A stretch of 64,000 bases of DNA from Felis catus (GCF_018350175.1 NC_058368.1:191954001-192018000), one strand, 5' to 3'. Counted from the stretch's first letter, positions 38,391 through 51,879 are shown. Program-made: numbers and translations. The notes: generated by a model not told the origin, from the sequence alone.

Positions 38391-39409
38391 TCAGAAAAAT
38401 CATCTTTAATGAAAATTTTGTTTGGCCAAGATGACTAGAGGTTGAAGGTTCAGAAGAAATAAGACATTCCCCGTGTTGAGTAGAGGCTAACACCATGGTT
38501 GCTTCAATACATCTTCAAACCTTGACCCCACCAGTAACCAGTTCCCCTACCTGTGATAAGCTGCTTCCCCCCCCCACTGCCCCCCCCCCCGTTTTCTTAT
38601 CTGCATAAATGACACGTACATCACCAAGCTTGCAGAAGCTTAAATGAGACAAAACCTGGACGGGACATGGCACATTGCCCAACACCGAGCAAACCCTTTA
38701 TGAAGACAAGGTATCACTACCAAAATGAGTAGTGTCAAACAGAGCAAACCATCTCCACTGCATCTACCTCTTGACACATTTGTAAAAGCTGACCAAAAAA
38801 AAATTCTTTGTGACCGGAACTATATAACCAAAAAGGGATTTCTTATTATTATTAGGAATAACAGACTAAACAAATGACTTATTGGGCAAAGTGCAAACCC
38901 CACAAGGCCTTTTTCCCACTGACCCAAATGCATGCACACAGATGCTCAAGAAAGGTATAGGGTTGGTTTAATTAAAGGAGATTTCTGTCATTGCTCTGAG
39001 TGTACAAAGTCATAAAGTGTGGATGTTTAAGAGAGAGGCTGAAGTAATGTGCAAGAACTTAATTGATACTCTAAAGCTGTTGATTGTAAATATGCTCAGG
39101 AGGTAGATAAGTTCACACTGTTTTATGGCAGGAAGGTTTTTTATTGGTAATTTCATGTAATTGTGAAATGGGAAGAATCACTGGGCCGGAGGTTTTCTAT
39201 GTATTTGGCAGGGAACATAACCTGATTTCCAACCATGAGGAGGCCCCCCGGGAGCCACTGGCCATGACCTTCTATTTTCTGGGTGAAGAGTTTTCTTTGA
39301 AAGGGACAGAGGGAGGAAACAAAGTTGTTCAGAAGGAACGGATCCCATTCGTTGTTTTCCCAAGCTTGTTCCTCTGTTCCCAGAATTGTCCATTGAATCT
39401 AAGCCTGTG

Positions 39410-39890
39410 CCTTTTAGTGTTCTTTCAGCTACTGGCATCAGAAACCTAGTCCAACCAGTGATGCTGAGGGAAGAGGTGATGTTACTCTGGTAAAGCCTCA
39501 CCAACTGACAGGAACTGAAACAGAGAATGTCTTCAAGAAGCAATGCATTGGCCTCCTCCATCTCATGTGCATGCCTCACACTTGGGCTTCTTCATTTTCT
39601 CTCGTTGATTTCCTTATCTCTATTCTATTTCACCTCCTTGTACAGTGGCTCTGTCCTCTCTCAGATGGGCTCCTCTGCTCCTTTTCAAACATGGCAGGGG
39701 ATGAATGCACCCCAGTTCCCAAATTTGACCTAAGTTGAAACAGCTAGCAGAAAATTGGCCTCTCAGGTGAGACACTATTGGGTCAGATGTGCATCATCTT
39801 TGTTTATTGGGGCGCATGGTAACAACAGGGTGCCAGTGCCTTCTGAGGCTGTTTTCAGAGAAGGGTCATAGGCTGAGCAGTTATCCTAAT
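39410..39890 (-). mobile_element. Old MaLR LTR relic (MLT1-like)
   Basis: CTTTCAGCTACTGGCATCAGAAACCTAGTCCAACCAG resembles the reverse MLT1 3' end; ATTGGGTCAG further on. Confidence 0.45.
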
Positions 39891-40594
39891 AGGTACCTAC
39901 TGCACTGAGATATAGAAGATAGGAAGTTTCTACTTCCTAGGGATGAGGACCAACCATTGACTGAAAATGTTAACAAATGTAGAGAAGAATTATAATCTAT
40001 AGCTTCTTCCTTCCTCAAGCATAATGGAACTAAGAGGTTTGTGTTGTTCCAATCCAAAGACCATCTCCCATGTGTGTTCAGAGATAAGGAAGCCTGGATG
40101 GAACAGATCCTGAAGTTCTCCTCTACTAATGGCACAGTTTGGAATCCTTCCTTTTCATCTTGAATAAGTAAGTTTAGCACTTTGCAGAGTGCCTATTTAG
40201 AGAAGAAGCAGAAACAGTCAACATAGGCTTGTCCTTTCTGCTTTGTTCCATTGCTAAAGATAGAATCTGAGGATGTTACCATGCCTTAAATTATATCCAC
40301 TCAGTACAAAATAAATTGGATTAAATGTCAACTATGTTGCTGATAGATTTTTATAATAACTCCACCTTCAAAGAACACTGGTCTACAAGTGCTGTCTCAT
40401 AACTATTTGGCCTCACAAGCCAAGAGCTATTTTTTCCCATGCTCCAGCTAGCAAAACTGACGCTCAGAATGAAGGGTTCCCCAAAGTCAGTTGATGTATA
40501 AATGGTAAAGCCAATAACAAAATTCGTAACTTCTCACTTAGAATCCAATTGCCTTTGTACCATATTGCTTTGCTTCCTCACAGGCAAACTACCT

Positions 40595-41027
40595 GTTATT
40601 TTCCCCTTTGCCGCATCAGGGCCACTCTCCACACTTCTTCTTCCTGCCTTGTACCCTGGAAGGATGACCACTGATTAAATTAACAGAAGCCCTTGGCTTC
40701 TAGCTTCTAGTGAGTGGAGTCAATAGGAAACACCAGCAACGCAAGGGAGTAATGTCAAAGTATGTATTTTCTGGATTCTATCTTTCAGGGTGTTTCTATC
40801 AAAGGCCACAGCACCTTTTGGACAGCCAACACCTTCTCCAGTTCCAGTTACTCCTTCCTCCACCTTTTAGGGCTGAGACGGTATCATCTATCTCTTGACT
40901 GCTGCTAACCCTAAAAAGCTGCACCACCCTTTGTTGGTTTCCCTTAGCTCTTCCCTCTATTACACTCACCTGAATTAACCAGTTCGAGCGCCCCTATTTT
41001 TCCTACCGCAACTATGACTGAGCTACA
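40595..41027 (+). mobile_element. ERVL solo LTR, LTR33-like
   Basis: AAGGCCACAGCACC, CACCACCCTTTGTTGGTTTCCCTTA and 3' TGACTGAGCTACA match recalled LTR33. Confidence 0.7.
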
Positions 41028-43069
41028 AGCAGTGTGCCTTAACCCCCTGATTATTGTTTGAGGCTTACACAGATGTTTTTAATAGTTTTTAATAGATGTT
41101 TTAACATCCTCTGAGGAAGACAGACTTGACAATCTTCTGCTGGCAACTCACCACCCACAAATACTCTTTCAATTTCAGTCAAAGAATAAAAATGTTTTTT
41201 CCAAACACCAGCTTCTCTCCATCCATACCGAAGGCCATGTCCTTTGTGGGTCTCAGTCTTACATAGGCAGTCGGGATGGCTGGAACGTGTTGTCACAGTT
41301 CTTATCTTTCACATTTGGGATTAGCTCTGTCCCTTCATACCAGAAGCTCCAAAGAAAAGAAAATATTCAAAGCATTTGCCTATCTGGGGGGACATGTGGA
41401 GAAAACGCTGGAATTGAGAGACAGAAATATAAGAAACAGAGACAGCAAAGAAGAGAGCTTGATACATCGCACCTAAAGCTGCAAAACTGCACAACCCCAG
41501 GAGGCAGCCCAGTCCATACAGACTGCTGATTGGCAGGAATAATTTCTGAGCTTCAGTCAGCTGTGGATTTTCTGGTATATCTTATTTTGCAGAAGGCAAA
41601 ATACAGAGAGTGGTTTATTTTAAAGTTGAGTGTTTTAAAACACCAAAGGAGAGAACTTTTAAATGGGTCACCATATTCCTCTCTTCACCCAGATATACAC
41701 ACATAAGAAGTCAACATTCCCCATGCAAATTACTCTGTATTGCCATTTTGGTGTTTACTGATCCCTGTCAGCCAACTGTGCTCAAAACACTAGCAACAAT
41801 CATACCCCAAATGACAAATTTACTCAATCAGAGCAGCTTTTCTATGTCTTCTGACTGCCCCAGGATCTAGCACAGTGCCTGGCACGCAGCAGGCATTCAG
41901 GAAATGTTTTTAGATAAAAGTGAATGACTGCAGGATTTTGGAAAGTGCTAGAACAGTGGAATCATGTTGGAGAAGAGAAACAAAGATGGAGGGGGCTCTG
42001 AGAGAAACAGAATGCAACATCTATTCTGCTATCAGACTCCTTCCTGTGGCTCCTTTCTTTCCTGCTCTCCATTCTGGCAAGAGCTGGTTTCTCAGAAGCC
42101 AGTCAAACATGGTTGTTTTTCTAACTCTAGCTGTAAATGAGCATTAACACAGGCATTTCAACTCAACTTGTGTCTGCCCTTACCAATAAATGCTTAACAA
42201 TTGAAGGAAATAAGTTCTAAATTATTCTCAGAGGAGCACACAGCACGGCACAAGATGAGGATGGCTCCCACTGCATTCTATTCCTTCTTACCGAAAAGTC
42301 ACACACCCGAAGGAGGGCTGTAATAAAAGACATCTCCAGCCCTTCTTGCCAGTCAGCACCTTAGTTTTTCCTGGGTGACAAAAAGACTCAAAAATAGTTT
42401 GTCGCTGTTTCCAGTTTCCACAAGGACTTCAGTGTGTTGCTGAAGGTAAAATATTCAGCTCCCCAGAAAGCTGGGTGGCAAAGTGAATTCTTTGTGCTAG
42501 AGCAAAAGGTCTTATTTTATTCTCTCTGGTACAGCAAGGGACAAGGCCACCCCCATCACACCCTGGTAGCCCCCCTTCCTCCCCCCATAGAAATTTTAGG
42601 CATAGTCATGCCATAGCACCCTTCCTTACACCTGATGCTCAAAATCTGGAGATTTCACCTCAAACAAATTCAAGACATATTTTCTGAGTCCTAGAGCTAG
42701 GAACTACAGAAAATATTAAGATAAACAAAGTTGATCCTTACCCTTAAGGAACTTACAATCTACCATTTTTATTTTCATTTTATTCAGTTATCTTCCCCCA
42801 ACCTACAAAGGATTGAGGAGGCTTAAAAAAATGTAAATGCTAGAATGCAGTAAGCTAAAACTTGGGAAACGCCGATGAAGAAATCAGGAAAGCAATAAAA
42901 TGAAGACAAGGAGCAGAAGGTGAAGCTAAGAATGAAGTTAGTACCCAGATTACAGGCTCTAAGATCCTGTACACTTGGCTAGGCGTGATCCTCAGTTTGA
43001 CTGTAGGATTTCTACCACACAAGATACAGTCTAGTAGAGGAGACAAGCCAGGTCTTCCAAGAACCATGA

Positions 43070-43272
43070 AGACGAAAGGCGTAAGCTCTAGGGCCAGCTC
43101 ACCTGGGTTCCAAATCCCAGATCCCTCTTATGTGACCTACGGACAATCAATCAATTTTCCTAAATTATAATTTATGTGTAAACTAGTTATAATGGTACCT
43201 GCCTCCATACAGTTATCTGAGGAATAAAATAATTTATTCCTGTAGGAATGTGAAGCACCCAGTACACAAAAA
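43070..43272 (+). mobile_element. MIR
   Basis: CCTGGGTTCCAAATCCCAG...TGTGACCT...TAATGGTACCTGCCTC...TGTGAAGCAC. Confidence 0.65.
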
Positions 43273-43594
43273 GTGCTCCCTAAGCATTGGCTAGTACAAG
43301 ACAGAATATAACAGATGTTGTAACAGAAGTTCAAGTTCATTACCATAAGAATATAGAAGGAAAAGATTGATTTTGGCCGAGGATAGGGAAGAAACTAGAT
43401 TAGGAATCACTTCGTAGAGGCAGCAGTAACCAAATGAAGTAGCAGAAACATTTTGGCTAATAGATGGAAGGAAAAAGGAAGATATTTTAAGCAGAAGGAA
43501 CAGTGCAAGTGTTAAAATAGAAAAGTACAGCGGGTGCTCAAGGAACAAAAAGTATTCGAGAATCCAGAAGTGAAGTGGGTTTTTTATCATCACT

Positions 43595-43835
43595 GTATTC
43601 CTCAGGAAACTTGCGATTGCAAGTGACGGAAACCCAGTGCAAACTGCCTCGAGAAAAAAAGTGGATTGTATTATTTCATACAACTCAGAAACTCAGAGGT
43701 AGCTTCACACAACTAGATCCAGGACATCCAACAACATATTATCAAAAATCAGATTCTCTCCTCTCAGCTTTACTATTTTCCATGTGTAATTCCTTCTCAG
43801 GCAGGAAAACTACCCAGCAGCTCCCTATCTACTAC
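43595..43835 (-). mobile_element. MLT1-like LTR fragment
   Basis: TGTATT...GATTGCAAGTGACGGAAACCCAGTGCAAACTG is the reverse MLT1 3' end. Confidence 0.6.
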
Positions 43836-43845
43836 ATCTAGGCCC

Positions 43846-44261
43846 ATGGAAATGCCCACATAACCATCCCTTAAGAGGTAAATGAGGAAATTTTGGAATA
43901 TTTTGGAAAGTATTTTGGACCGCCTTCTGGGCACAAGGTAGGAATGTACTTCCCCAGCCCCCTTTGCAGGGAAAGGTGGCTGTGTGACTAGCATCAGCCA
44001 GACATACATGAGTGGAAGTGACATTTTCCATATTCAGATGGCAGTTTTAATAGGCAGCCATATCCCCTTCCCTTGCCATGATGATTACATCCCTCTCATG
44101 TCAAGACAGGACCATATAACCTGGGCCACTGATAAGCAGAACTCCCAAGCTGACCTTTGAACATGCAGCAAAAGCGAGAAACATTTTTTTGTTGTATGAG
44201 GTCACTGAATTTTGGAAGTTGTTGGTTACCACAGGTAACTTAGCCTATCCTAACTGATATA
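43846..44261 (+). mobile_element. MLT1H/I-like solo LTR
   Basis: TGTGTGACTAG...TGAGTGGAAGTGAC; 3' TTGTTGGTTACCACAGGTAACTTAGCCTATCCTAACTGATATA. Confidence 0.75.
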
Positions 44262-44282
44262 AAAAGAATCTCTAGTGGAGTC

Positions 44283-44327
44283 TGTAATGGGGTTCTCCAG
44301 AGAAATGAACCAACAGGGTGTGTGTGT

Positions 44328-44393
<66 letters not shown>

Positions 44394-44744
44394 TTTTAAG
44401 GAATTGGTTCACACCATTATAGAGACTGACAAGTCCAAATCTTCAGGGTGGGCCAGAAGCCCAGAGACCCAGGAGAGCCAACAGTATAGATCAAGTCCAA
44501 AGGCCATCTGCTGGTAGAATTCATTCTTTTTCAGGAGATGTCAATTTTGTTCTATTAAAGCCTTCAACTAATTGGAAGAGGCCCATCCACATTATAGAGA
44601 GTAATTTGCTTTACTCAAAGTCCAGTAATTTAAATGTTAATCTAATCCCCCAAAACCACCCTTACAGAAACATCCAGAATAGTATTTGACCAGGTAACTG
44701 GCACCATGGCCCTGCCACGTTGACACACAAAATTAATCATCTTA
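44283..44744 (-). mobile_element. ERVL solo LTR, MLT2-like
   Basis: GGGTTCTCCAGAGAAA..AACCAA, ATTTATTTTAAGGAATTGG, GCCTTCAACTAATTGGA.GAGGCCCA, TTGACACACAAAATTAA. Confidence 0.9.
44318..44389 (+). repeat. (GT)n(GA)n microsatellite inside MLT2
   Basis: Visible dinucleotide array. Confidence 0.95.
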
Positions 44745-46080
44745 GGATACAACTCACCATGTTGAAGTGAACAAGGCCCTTCACAGGCAGAATTTCCCTT
44801 TGAGGGAAATTATAATTGAATTTATGATATAAGCCTTAAATATAAAAACTTTCTCTCTCTTACTCATGTCATCCCCGTGATTTTCTATAATCCAGAGAAA
44901 GACCTTGCTGGCCTCACCTTCAGTATTGGCCTACGTGACAAGTGAGGCATCAGTTTCTATATTTGTCCCATCTTGCTGGAAATCTTCATGCCTCTCTTCA
45001 GCCATGTCTTCTAGAAAATCCCTGCTCTCCCTCAATACTTTCTTCTCCTCCACAGATCTAGGCACCAGTACCACATAGCATATCACAAAAGGCAGGACTA
45101 GAAATGGTGACTTAAACCCTGTGACCAACACAGACTTGTACAAATCCCCAGGAGCTAGTTACCCTAACCTTATTTGTCAAAGTCTCCTTTCAACTAGGAG
45201 TCATCGGCAGGTTTGGTTCTCCAGAGCTCCTTGCAAGCAAATCAGTCACCTTCAGCTATCCTTTCTCATTATTCAACAGAGGCAAATTTTCAGTACTTCC
45301 ATGGCTTTACCCAGAAAGCAGCCTCAAGGTGCTTCTACAAGGGAAGTGGTATTAGGCTAGGATAGGCCAGTGGCACAGGAGTTTTCAGCACCTCCTGCTC
45401 AGCAGGGAGAACATTTACCAAATTAGAAAGCAGACAACATCACCTTTGCTCATCCAACACCTAAGATTCCCAAGCTCCCCTTTTCTTTGATGGCACAATC
45501 TCCCTCACTTCTGCTCATTGCTGACAACTCCCCCGGCTATCGCTTCAGTGTCTTTTTCTCAGGTGGCTAGCAGAGAAAACTGTATTGTTGAATCCCTTTA
45601 CACTGTGGTATTAGTTACTGGTAAGAGTTTGTCAACTTTCTCAAAAGCATTTGAAAGTTAAAAGAGGATTATTTTAGATATCATTCCCCAACAAACTAGG
45701 CCCATGAAATTATCATGTGCTTTTCATTTCCCTCTGAGCAGTTTCTCTGTCTCAATTAAAAAATCCCCAGATATTCCATGGTTTACTAACCCAAAACTTA
45801 TCCATCTAACACAGATACATGGACACAGCTTTGTGCTTTTAGACAATTACCACTTGAGAAAACCTGATCTTTAAGGGACATCCTCCTACATCATCATCTA
45901 TTCATTTCTGCAATGAGGAGTCAAGTGGGTCTATAGACAGGGAAATCACAATACCACATAATGAGGATAATAAAAGTGACAGGAATAAAGCACTGGGGAG
46001 CAGAAGCATGAACACTAACTCTGCCCAAATAGCATGCTCTTCTCAGAACTCTTGTGTTGCTTTAAATACATAGAAGTCCA

Positions 46081-46291
46081 GGGGCGCCTGGGTGGCTCAG
46101 TGAATTGAGCGTCGGATTTCAGCTCAGGTCATGATCTCACGGTCTGTGAGTTCAAGCCCCAGGTCAGGCTCTGTGCTGACAGCTCAGAGCCTGGAGCTGG
46201 ATTCTGATTCTGTGTCTCCCTCTCTCTCTGCCCCTCCCCCGCTCACACTCTGTCTCTCTCTGTCTCAGAAATAGACATTAAAAAAAAATTT
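46081..46291 (+). mobile_element. Can-SINE (SINEC_Fc type)
   Basis: GGGGCGCCTGGGTGGCTCAG head; TSD AATAC(A/G)TAGAAGTCCA at 46065-46080 and 46292-46307. Confidence 0.97.
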
Positions 46292-46929
46292 AATACGTAG
46301 AAGTCCATAGCAAATTATTACCATTCAAAAAAGAGCAGTTCAACAGGAATTCAAGCTGCCATACTGCACTAATCCAAGGGACATCCCAACTATCCAAGTG
46401 GTGCCCCTGGAGTTGTGCAACAGAGCAATGTTGTCTGAAGATATAACACAGTTAACAATTGGCTCTTTCATAACTTGGCAAGCAGTTCTACCTGCTCCAT
46501 TGTACAGGTAAGTCTGTTTGGGGAAGTTAGTGGTGATCCTTTTGAACTTCAGAAGCTTTTATAGATTTCCCTGAATGAAACACTAACAAGAGAGTAGTAT
46601 GTGGACATGAAGCTTCCATATAGAACCTAGTCAAGAAGGAAGGGAGTACTCCCTGACCTATCCCAACTTCTGATACTCTCAGTACCCAATATAAACCATA
46701 TCCATCTTAATGAAGGTCAGTTTGGCTCTAGGACATCTTACCCTTAAAGTTTACCAACATGCTGTGACAGTGTTTTGATTAGAATAACTACAACTCGTTC
46801 CATGTGATTTACCACATATCGCCTGGAAGTTTCTGGAACATTTTTATCCCAATTTTTTCAGCAGTTATTTTTAAAAAGAATTTTTGTTGTTTTCCTAGCA
46901 AAGAGCTTTTCCTCCTAATTTGCCTGTTT

Positions 46930-48060
46930 ATGTTGATGGCACTATTTTCCTAATTACCCAGCCATCCTAGCCAAGCCTTCTGCTCCTCTTTCCTGTAGTT
47001 TAACATCCACTCAACTTGCCAAATCTGTTGGTTCTGTCTCTGCAAGTTTACTATCACCTGTCCCATTTCTTCTCACCAGGGTGTGACCTCTCCCTTACCC
47101 TGTTAACTGCAATCCAACCTCTCCTTTCTCTGATCCTTCCAAAACAGTTTCCTCCTTAAAATTGACCTCAAAAAATTATGCTCTGTTCGAATACCTTCAG
47201 TGGCAATTAAGTACAACTCTTCATTTCACATGAAGAGGTTCCATAACATGGCCTCCGTTTTTCAATTTTCCATCATCCCTTTCTGCCACTGTTTCTCAAA
47301 GCATGATCAATGGCCTACTGATGAATCCCAAGGATCCCCCAACAGATCATGAACTAATCCAAAAATGCAGATCCTCTTCTCAAGAGAGAATTATGATCAA
47401 TCCTACAGATGACTATTTATATCTATGATTGCACATTTTTACTAGAATCCACTAAGTAGATAAGGGACCAAAATTTTGTAGTTGTAAGTTGTAGTTAACA
47501 CCATTGGAGAGTTCTTAAGGACTGCAATTCAATATTCTACTAAACTATTTGGCTGCCATACAACACTGAAAAGCTACTATACACACCCATATGTGGATAA
47601 ATGCCATTCCCATCATTAAGCGTGGATGGGACAGGTGGACTATAAGATATTTTGTTGAAATAGTTCTCAAATTAAAATCTTAAGAAACACTGCTGCAGGA
47701 ATAGGATAAATTCCAGCCAAACTAAGATACTCTGTTCTCCAAATTAAGTCTGTTTGCTTTCCTGCTTCCCTGCCTTTATTAATTCGGTGTCTCTGCCTAG
47801 ACTACCTTTCCTTTTCTGGCTATGTAAATATACTTCCTTCTGGGGCCATTTCAAAAACTCCCCACCCCATCAGATACAATGCTAATGTCTCTCTTGACAC
47901 CCAGGGGATCCTTGCAAATCTTGTCTGAAACAACTCACCCAACCATGCATTACCATCATTTATCTACTTATATTAATACCTCTGCTAGACTGAAATCTTC
48001 TTGAAGGTAGGCACTGTACCTAACTTGTATTTGTATCTGAAAGCATCCAACACATTAATC
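46930..48060 (+). mobile_element. Fragmented L2 (with an unrelated insert at ~47300-47700)
   Basis: Pyrimidine-rich L2 motifs (ACCTTCAGTGGC; CTAGACTGAAATCTTCTTGAAGGTAGG...TTGTATTTGTATC). Confidence 0.5.
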
Positions 48061-48092
48061 ACTCCATATTTTCATACACGCATGTACGTACG

Positions 48093-48123
<31 letters not shown>

Positions 48124-48134
48124 GCACACACACA
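48093..48134 (+). repeat. (CA)n microsatellite, interrupted
   Basis: CA run with CG interruptions. Confidence 0.95.
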
Positions 48135-49604
48135 AGCACTAGCCACAAGGATATAATCTACAATGAATTTTCCCTGGGGTGATGGAATAGTTTTATATAG
48201 TTGAGGTACTTCGGCTAATAGAAATGTTATAACTGCGGAGCTGTTCTTTCTCCAAAGGTGGTTATCACATATATAATTCCGTTATGAAATTAGCAGTAGA
48301 CAGGATGAAACATTTTAGGAAAGAAATGGCTAAGGTATCCAAGCCTGAGGCCTAATGAAGATTACAACGCGAAGAAAGTTTTTATTATATTCCCCTATAT
48401 CTGAAACTGTCTCTCCACAACTGACCTTCTATGACCACCCAGAAGCAATCCCTCTGCCATACTTCCCTCCACCATGCACATATGCTCAGGGAGCTCCCTA
48501 AATGTTGCTTTTCTTGTTATTTGCTTATGTCTTTCAAATGCCTTACAGAATTAAACTACAAAAATTACTTCTTCCTAATGGGTCAACATCTAAATCTGTA
48601 TATTCCAATTTGAGTTCTAGAAGGCAGCTAAGGCCTAATACAAATACTGGCTGTGGAGTCTCGTTACCAAGCTTTCAGTTCCAACCCTGACTCTTTCTAG
48701 TTGCCTGTCACAGGAAAAGTCATTCTCTCTGAATCTGAGTGTTCTCCTCCTTAAGGTGGGGATTAACGAAAAAACTCACTATATGCTTCCCAGCGGTTTT
48801 TCTAAGAATTCAATGCAGTGATGAATATATAACAACTATGCATGCTATAAGGCACTCAAAAATCATTTCTGTTCTATCAGCTTGACAGGTTAACCTAAAC
48901 CCAGGGATTTCATCTAATTTTCACACCAGTGCACAGTGTGCCAGGTTTTAGCATGTAATACGACTTCAGATCTTCTGTAAGGCAGGAAGGCTGAACGTCT
49001 GGACTATGAACTTGATTAGTGAGAAGAAAAAGAAAGGTAGAGAAGAGGAAGGGGGAAACCAAGATTTCTTGCTGTTTTTCAAACCCTAGGAAATGACAGC
49101 CTTCGGGTCTGTAAGGATACATTTCTGGTTCTAACAGTCTGTATTGATGCCCTGGCCACTCCTTTCACCTGTCACTCCCACGGGGTGGGTGCTGCGACTC
49201 CAGCTCGGCCCCCCCAAATTCACAGCCACCTCACATAAGCTTCTTTTCTCAGGGAATTCAACCATCACCTGGAAAGCAGTCATAGAACTCCCAAGGCATT
49301 TCTGCCAGCATCACTGCTCCGTCCCCGCGAAGGAGCAGGTGAGGAGTGAAATGGCAAACATTTCCTAACTCGAGAGTCAGTACAGCTAAAGCAGCTACAA
49401 GACAGAAATGGCCAGTCCCCCAGGTTATTAATATTTCAGGCTTGGTGGCCTGGTTCCACAGTGCAGAATGTGACACCAAAGGAGACGTGGTCCTGAATGA
49501 GCCCATTATCTCCGCCCCAGGAGGGAGGAGACTAGTCTAAGTTGATAGACGCTGCATATGCCTAATACCCTCTTCAGTCACCTGACAAATATGTTGTGGG
49601 GGGA

Positions 49605-49812
49605 GATTCATTTACTCATTCATTCAAATATTTATCAAGCACTCACTATGTGCTAGGTTCGTTTGAGGTGGTAGAAGCAAACCAGATAAGAACTCTGTGG
49701 AATTGTCTTTTTAGCTTGAGGTACGGATGGGGTAGGGGTGTCCTGGGAGACAGATGCGAGAGGAATCAGTGACTGAATAAAACAGGGTAATTTCAGACAA
49801 TAAAGGTCATTA
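49605..49812 (-). mobile_element. L2 3' end
   Basis: ATTCATTTACTCATTCATTCAAATATTTATCAAGCACTCACTATGTGCTAGG. Confidence 0.8.
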
Positions 49813-49828
49813 TAAATAATACAAACAC

Positions 49829-50040
49829 GGGACGCCTGGCTGGCTCAGTCAGTTAAGCATCCGACTTTGGCTCAGATCGCGATCTCACGGGTTCGTGAGT
49901 ACGATTCCCACACTGGGCTCTGTGCTGACACTGCAGAGCCTGGAGCCTGCTTCCAGTCCTGTGTCTCCTTCTCTCTCTGCCCCTCTCCCACTCATACTCA
50001 GTCTCTCTCCCATCAAAAATAAATAAACATTAAAAAAAAT
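49829..50040 (+). mobile_element. Can-SINE (SINEC_Fc type)
   Basis: GGGACGCCTGGCTGGCTCAGTCAGTTAAGC head and a typical body; outer direct repeat AATAATACAAA at 49815-49825 and 50219-50229. Confidence 0.96.
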
Positions 50041-50048
50041 TTTTTTTT

Positions 50049-50147
50049 ATGCGCCAGCACTCCTGTATCTCTTGGGTTGGGATGAGCACTGGGTGTTGTA
50101 TCGAAGCCGGTTTGACAATGAATTATATTTAATCAAAAAATAAACAT

Positions 50148-50199
<52 letters not shown>

Positions 50200-50200
50200 A
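50049..50200 (+). mobile_element. Miniature L1 insertion with 5' inversion and (AAAT)n tail
   Basis: 50049-50077 is antisense to L1 sequence at 28982-29010; 50076-50130 is a sense L1 3' end like 29422-29477. Confidence 0.8.
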
Positions 50201-51360
50201 ATACTTTTAAAAAACTTTAATAATACAAATAGGATATAGACCGTGCAGTGGATGGTTTTAGTCTGAGGGTTAAGGGAAAGTCTCACTTTTAAAAGTTGAC
50301 ATGTGAACTAAGAACTAATTAGAAGGATCCAGCTGTACAGAGTTCTGGGGGGAGAGCATTCATGACAGAACGGAAGATATGCCTCTATGAGAAACCTCAC
50401 GACCTCTATTTGAAGTGTATGTTTTATTCATGATACTTCCATGTTGGAGTCTCTATCCACAGCTCACTAATACTTCAGGAATCATGGTACCAAAGGAGCT
50501 TACTCCTCTAATCCTCTGGAGCCCCAAAGCACTGCTAAGGAAGATCAGCTAATGACCTGGAGCTTCATTTTGCTTCTTTGGCAAGAGAGTGTCCTTCGTC
50601 TTTCAGGATTTTTCATAGAAAGTTCCCCAAAAGCATCTTTAAGAGTGAGAGCATTTGCTACGTATGTAGGTGTGTGCGGGTGTGTATATATGTGTGTGTG
50701 CTCACATATGTGCCTGTGCACATATATAGGCATATATGTTTTATACATACACATATACAGATGTATGGAAGCACAATAATTTAGACTCCACTTCTAGGCA
50801 TATCTGTAAGAGTTTGGAATGACCCTTAGAAATTATATGTGAAGGAACCCAGAGGGAAAATCTTGGGCAAATACAGAAAAATGGTGTCTATGATCTTGGT
50901 GCCCTTGATCCCCATCTACCCACACCTGCCCGAGGCTTGGACCTAAATTTCTGTCTGAGAAACCTGGAACAGGCAGAAGCTGGGAAAGTGGTTTTTAAAG
51001 GCACATGGAGCTGAGTTAAGGAGCAGGCAGCAATATGCAGCTTAGCAAGAGAATAGGATATCTGGGCAGGGAACACAGTCCTGCTTATCTGTGATGAGGA
51101 TTTGTACCCTTTGGCATCTCAATAGAAAGCCTTTTCTTCAGGGATATGTCAGTTTAATGTATGGCTTTCCTTACTGGAATGTCCATAAGGCAAGGGACTC
51201 TGGGTGTTTGTACACTGCCTGAAACATAATAGATTCACAACAAACTTTTGTTGAATTTGCTTCATTCTTACAAAGGTCACTGGTAGTAATGGCAAAAGAT
51301 GGATATCTTAGAGTTTAAAAAAAAAAAGAGCAAAAGACACGAGGAGATTATTCACAAGTA

Positions 51361-51879
51361 TAGTTGACCTTTGAACAACATGGGGATTAAGGAACCGACT
51401 CACAGCACAGTTGAAAAATTAGCATGTAACTTCTGACCCCCAAAAAACATAACTACTGATAGCCTACTAATGATTAGAAACCTTACTGATCATACAGTCA
51501 ATTAACAGCTATTTTGTATATGTATTATATATTATATTCTTATAACAGAGAAAAAAGAAAATTATCTTTATAGCACAAGACTATATAAAAAAAATCCACT
51601 TTTAAGTGGACCCACAGCAATTTTTTTTTAATTTTTTTAATGTTTATTCATTTTTGAAAGAGCACAAGCAGGGGTGGGGTGGAGAGAAAGGAGGACACAG
51701 AATCTGAGGCAGGCTCCAGGCTCTGAGCTGTCAGCACCAGAGCCCGATGCAGGGCTCAAACTCACAAACTGCGAGATCATGACTTGAGCTGAAGTCAGAT
51801 GCTCAACTGACTGAGCCACCCAGGCGCCCCTGGACCCATGATGACCCAATTTAAATCCATGATGTCTACGGAACTGCTG
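51361..51879. mobile_element. TcMar-Tigger2-like non-autonomous element split by a SINE
   Basis: TA|TAGTTGACCTTTGAACAACATGGGG start, AACTACTGATAGCCTACT, AAGTGGACCC, and CTG|TA end. Confidence 0.85.
51621..51830 (-). mobile_element. Can-SINE (SINEC_Fc type)
   Basis: Ends GAGCCACCCAGGCGCCCC; direct repeat TGGACCCA at 51607-51614 and 51831-51838. Confidence 0.96.
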
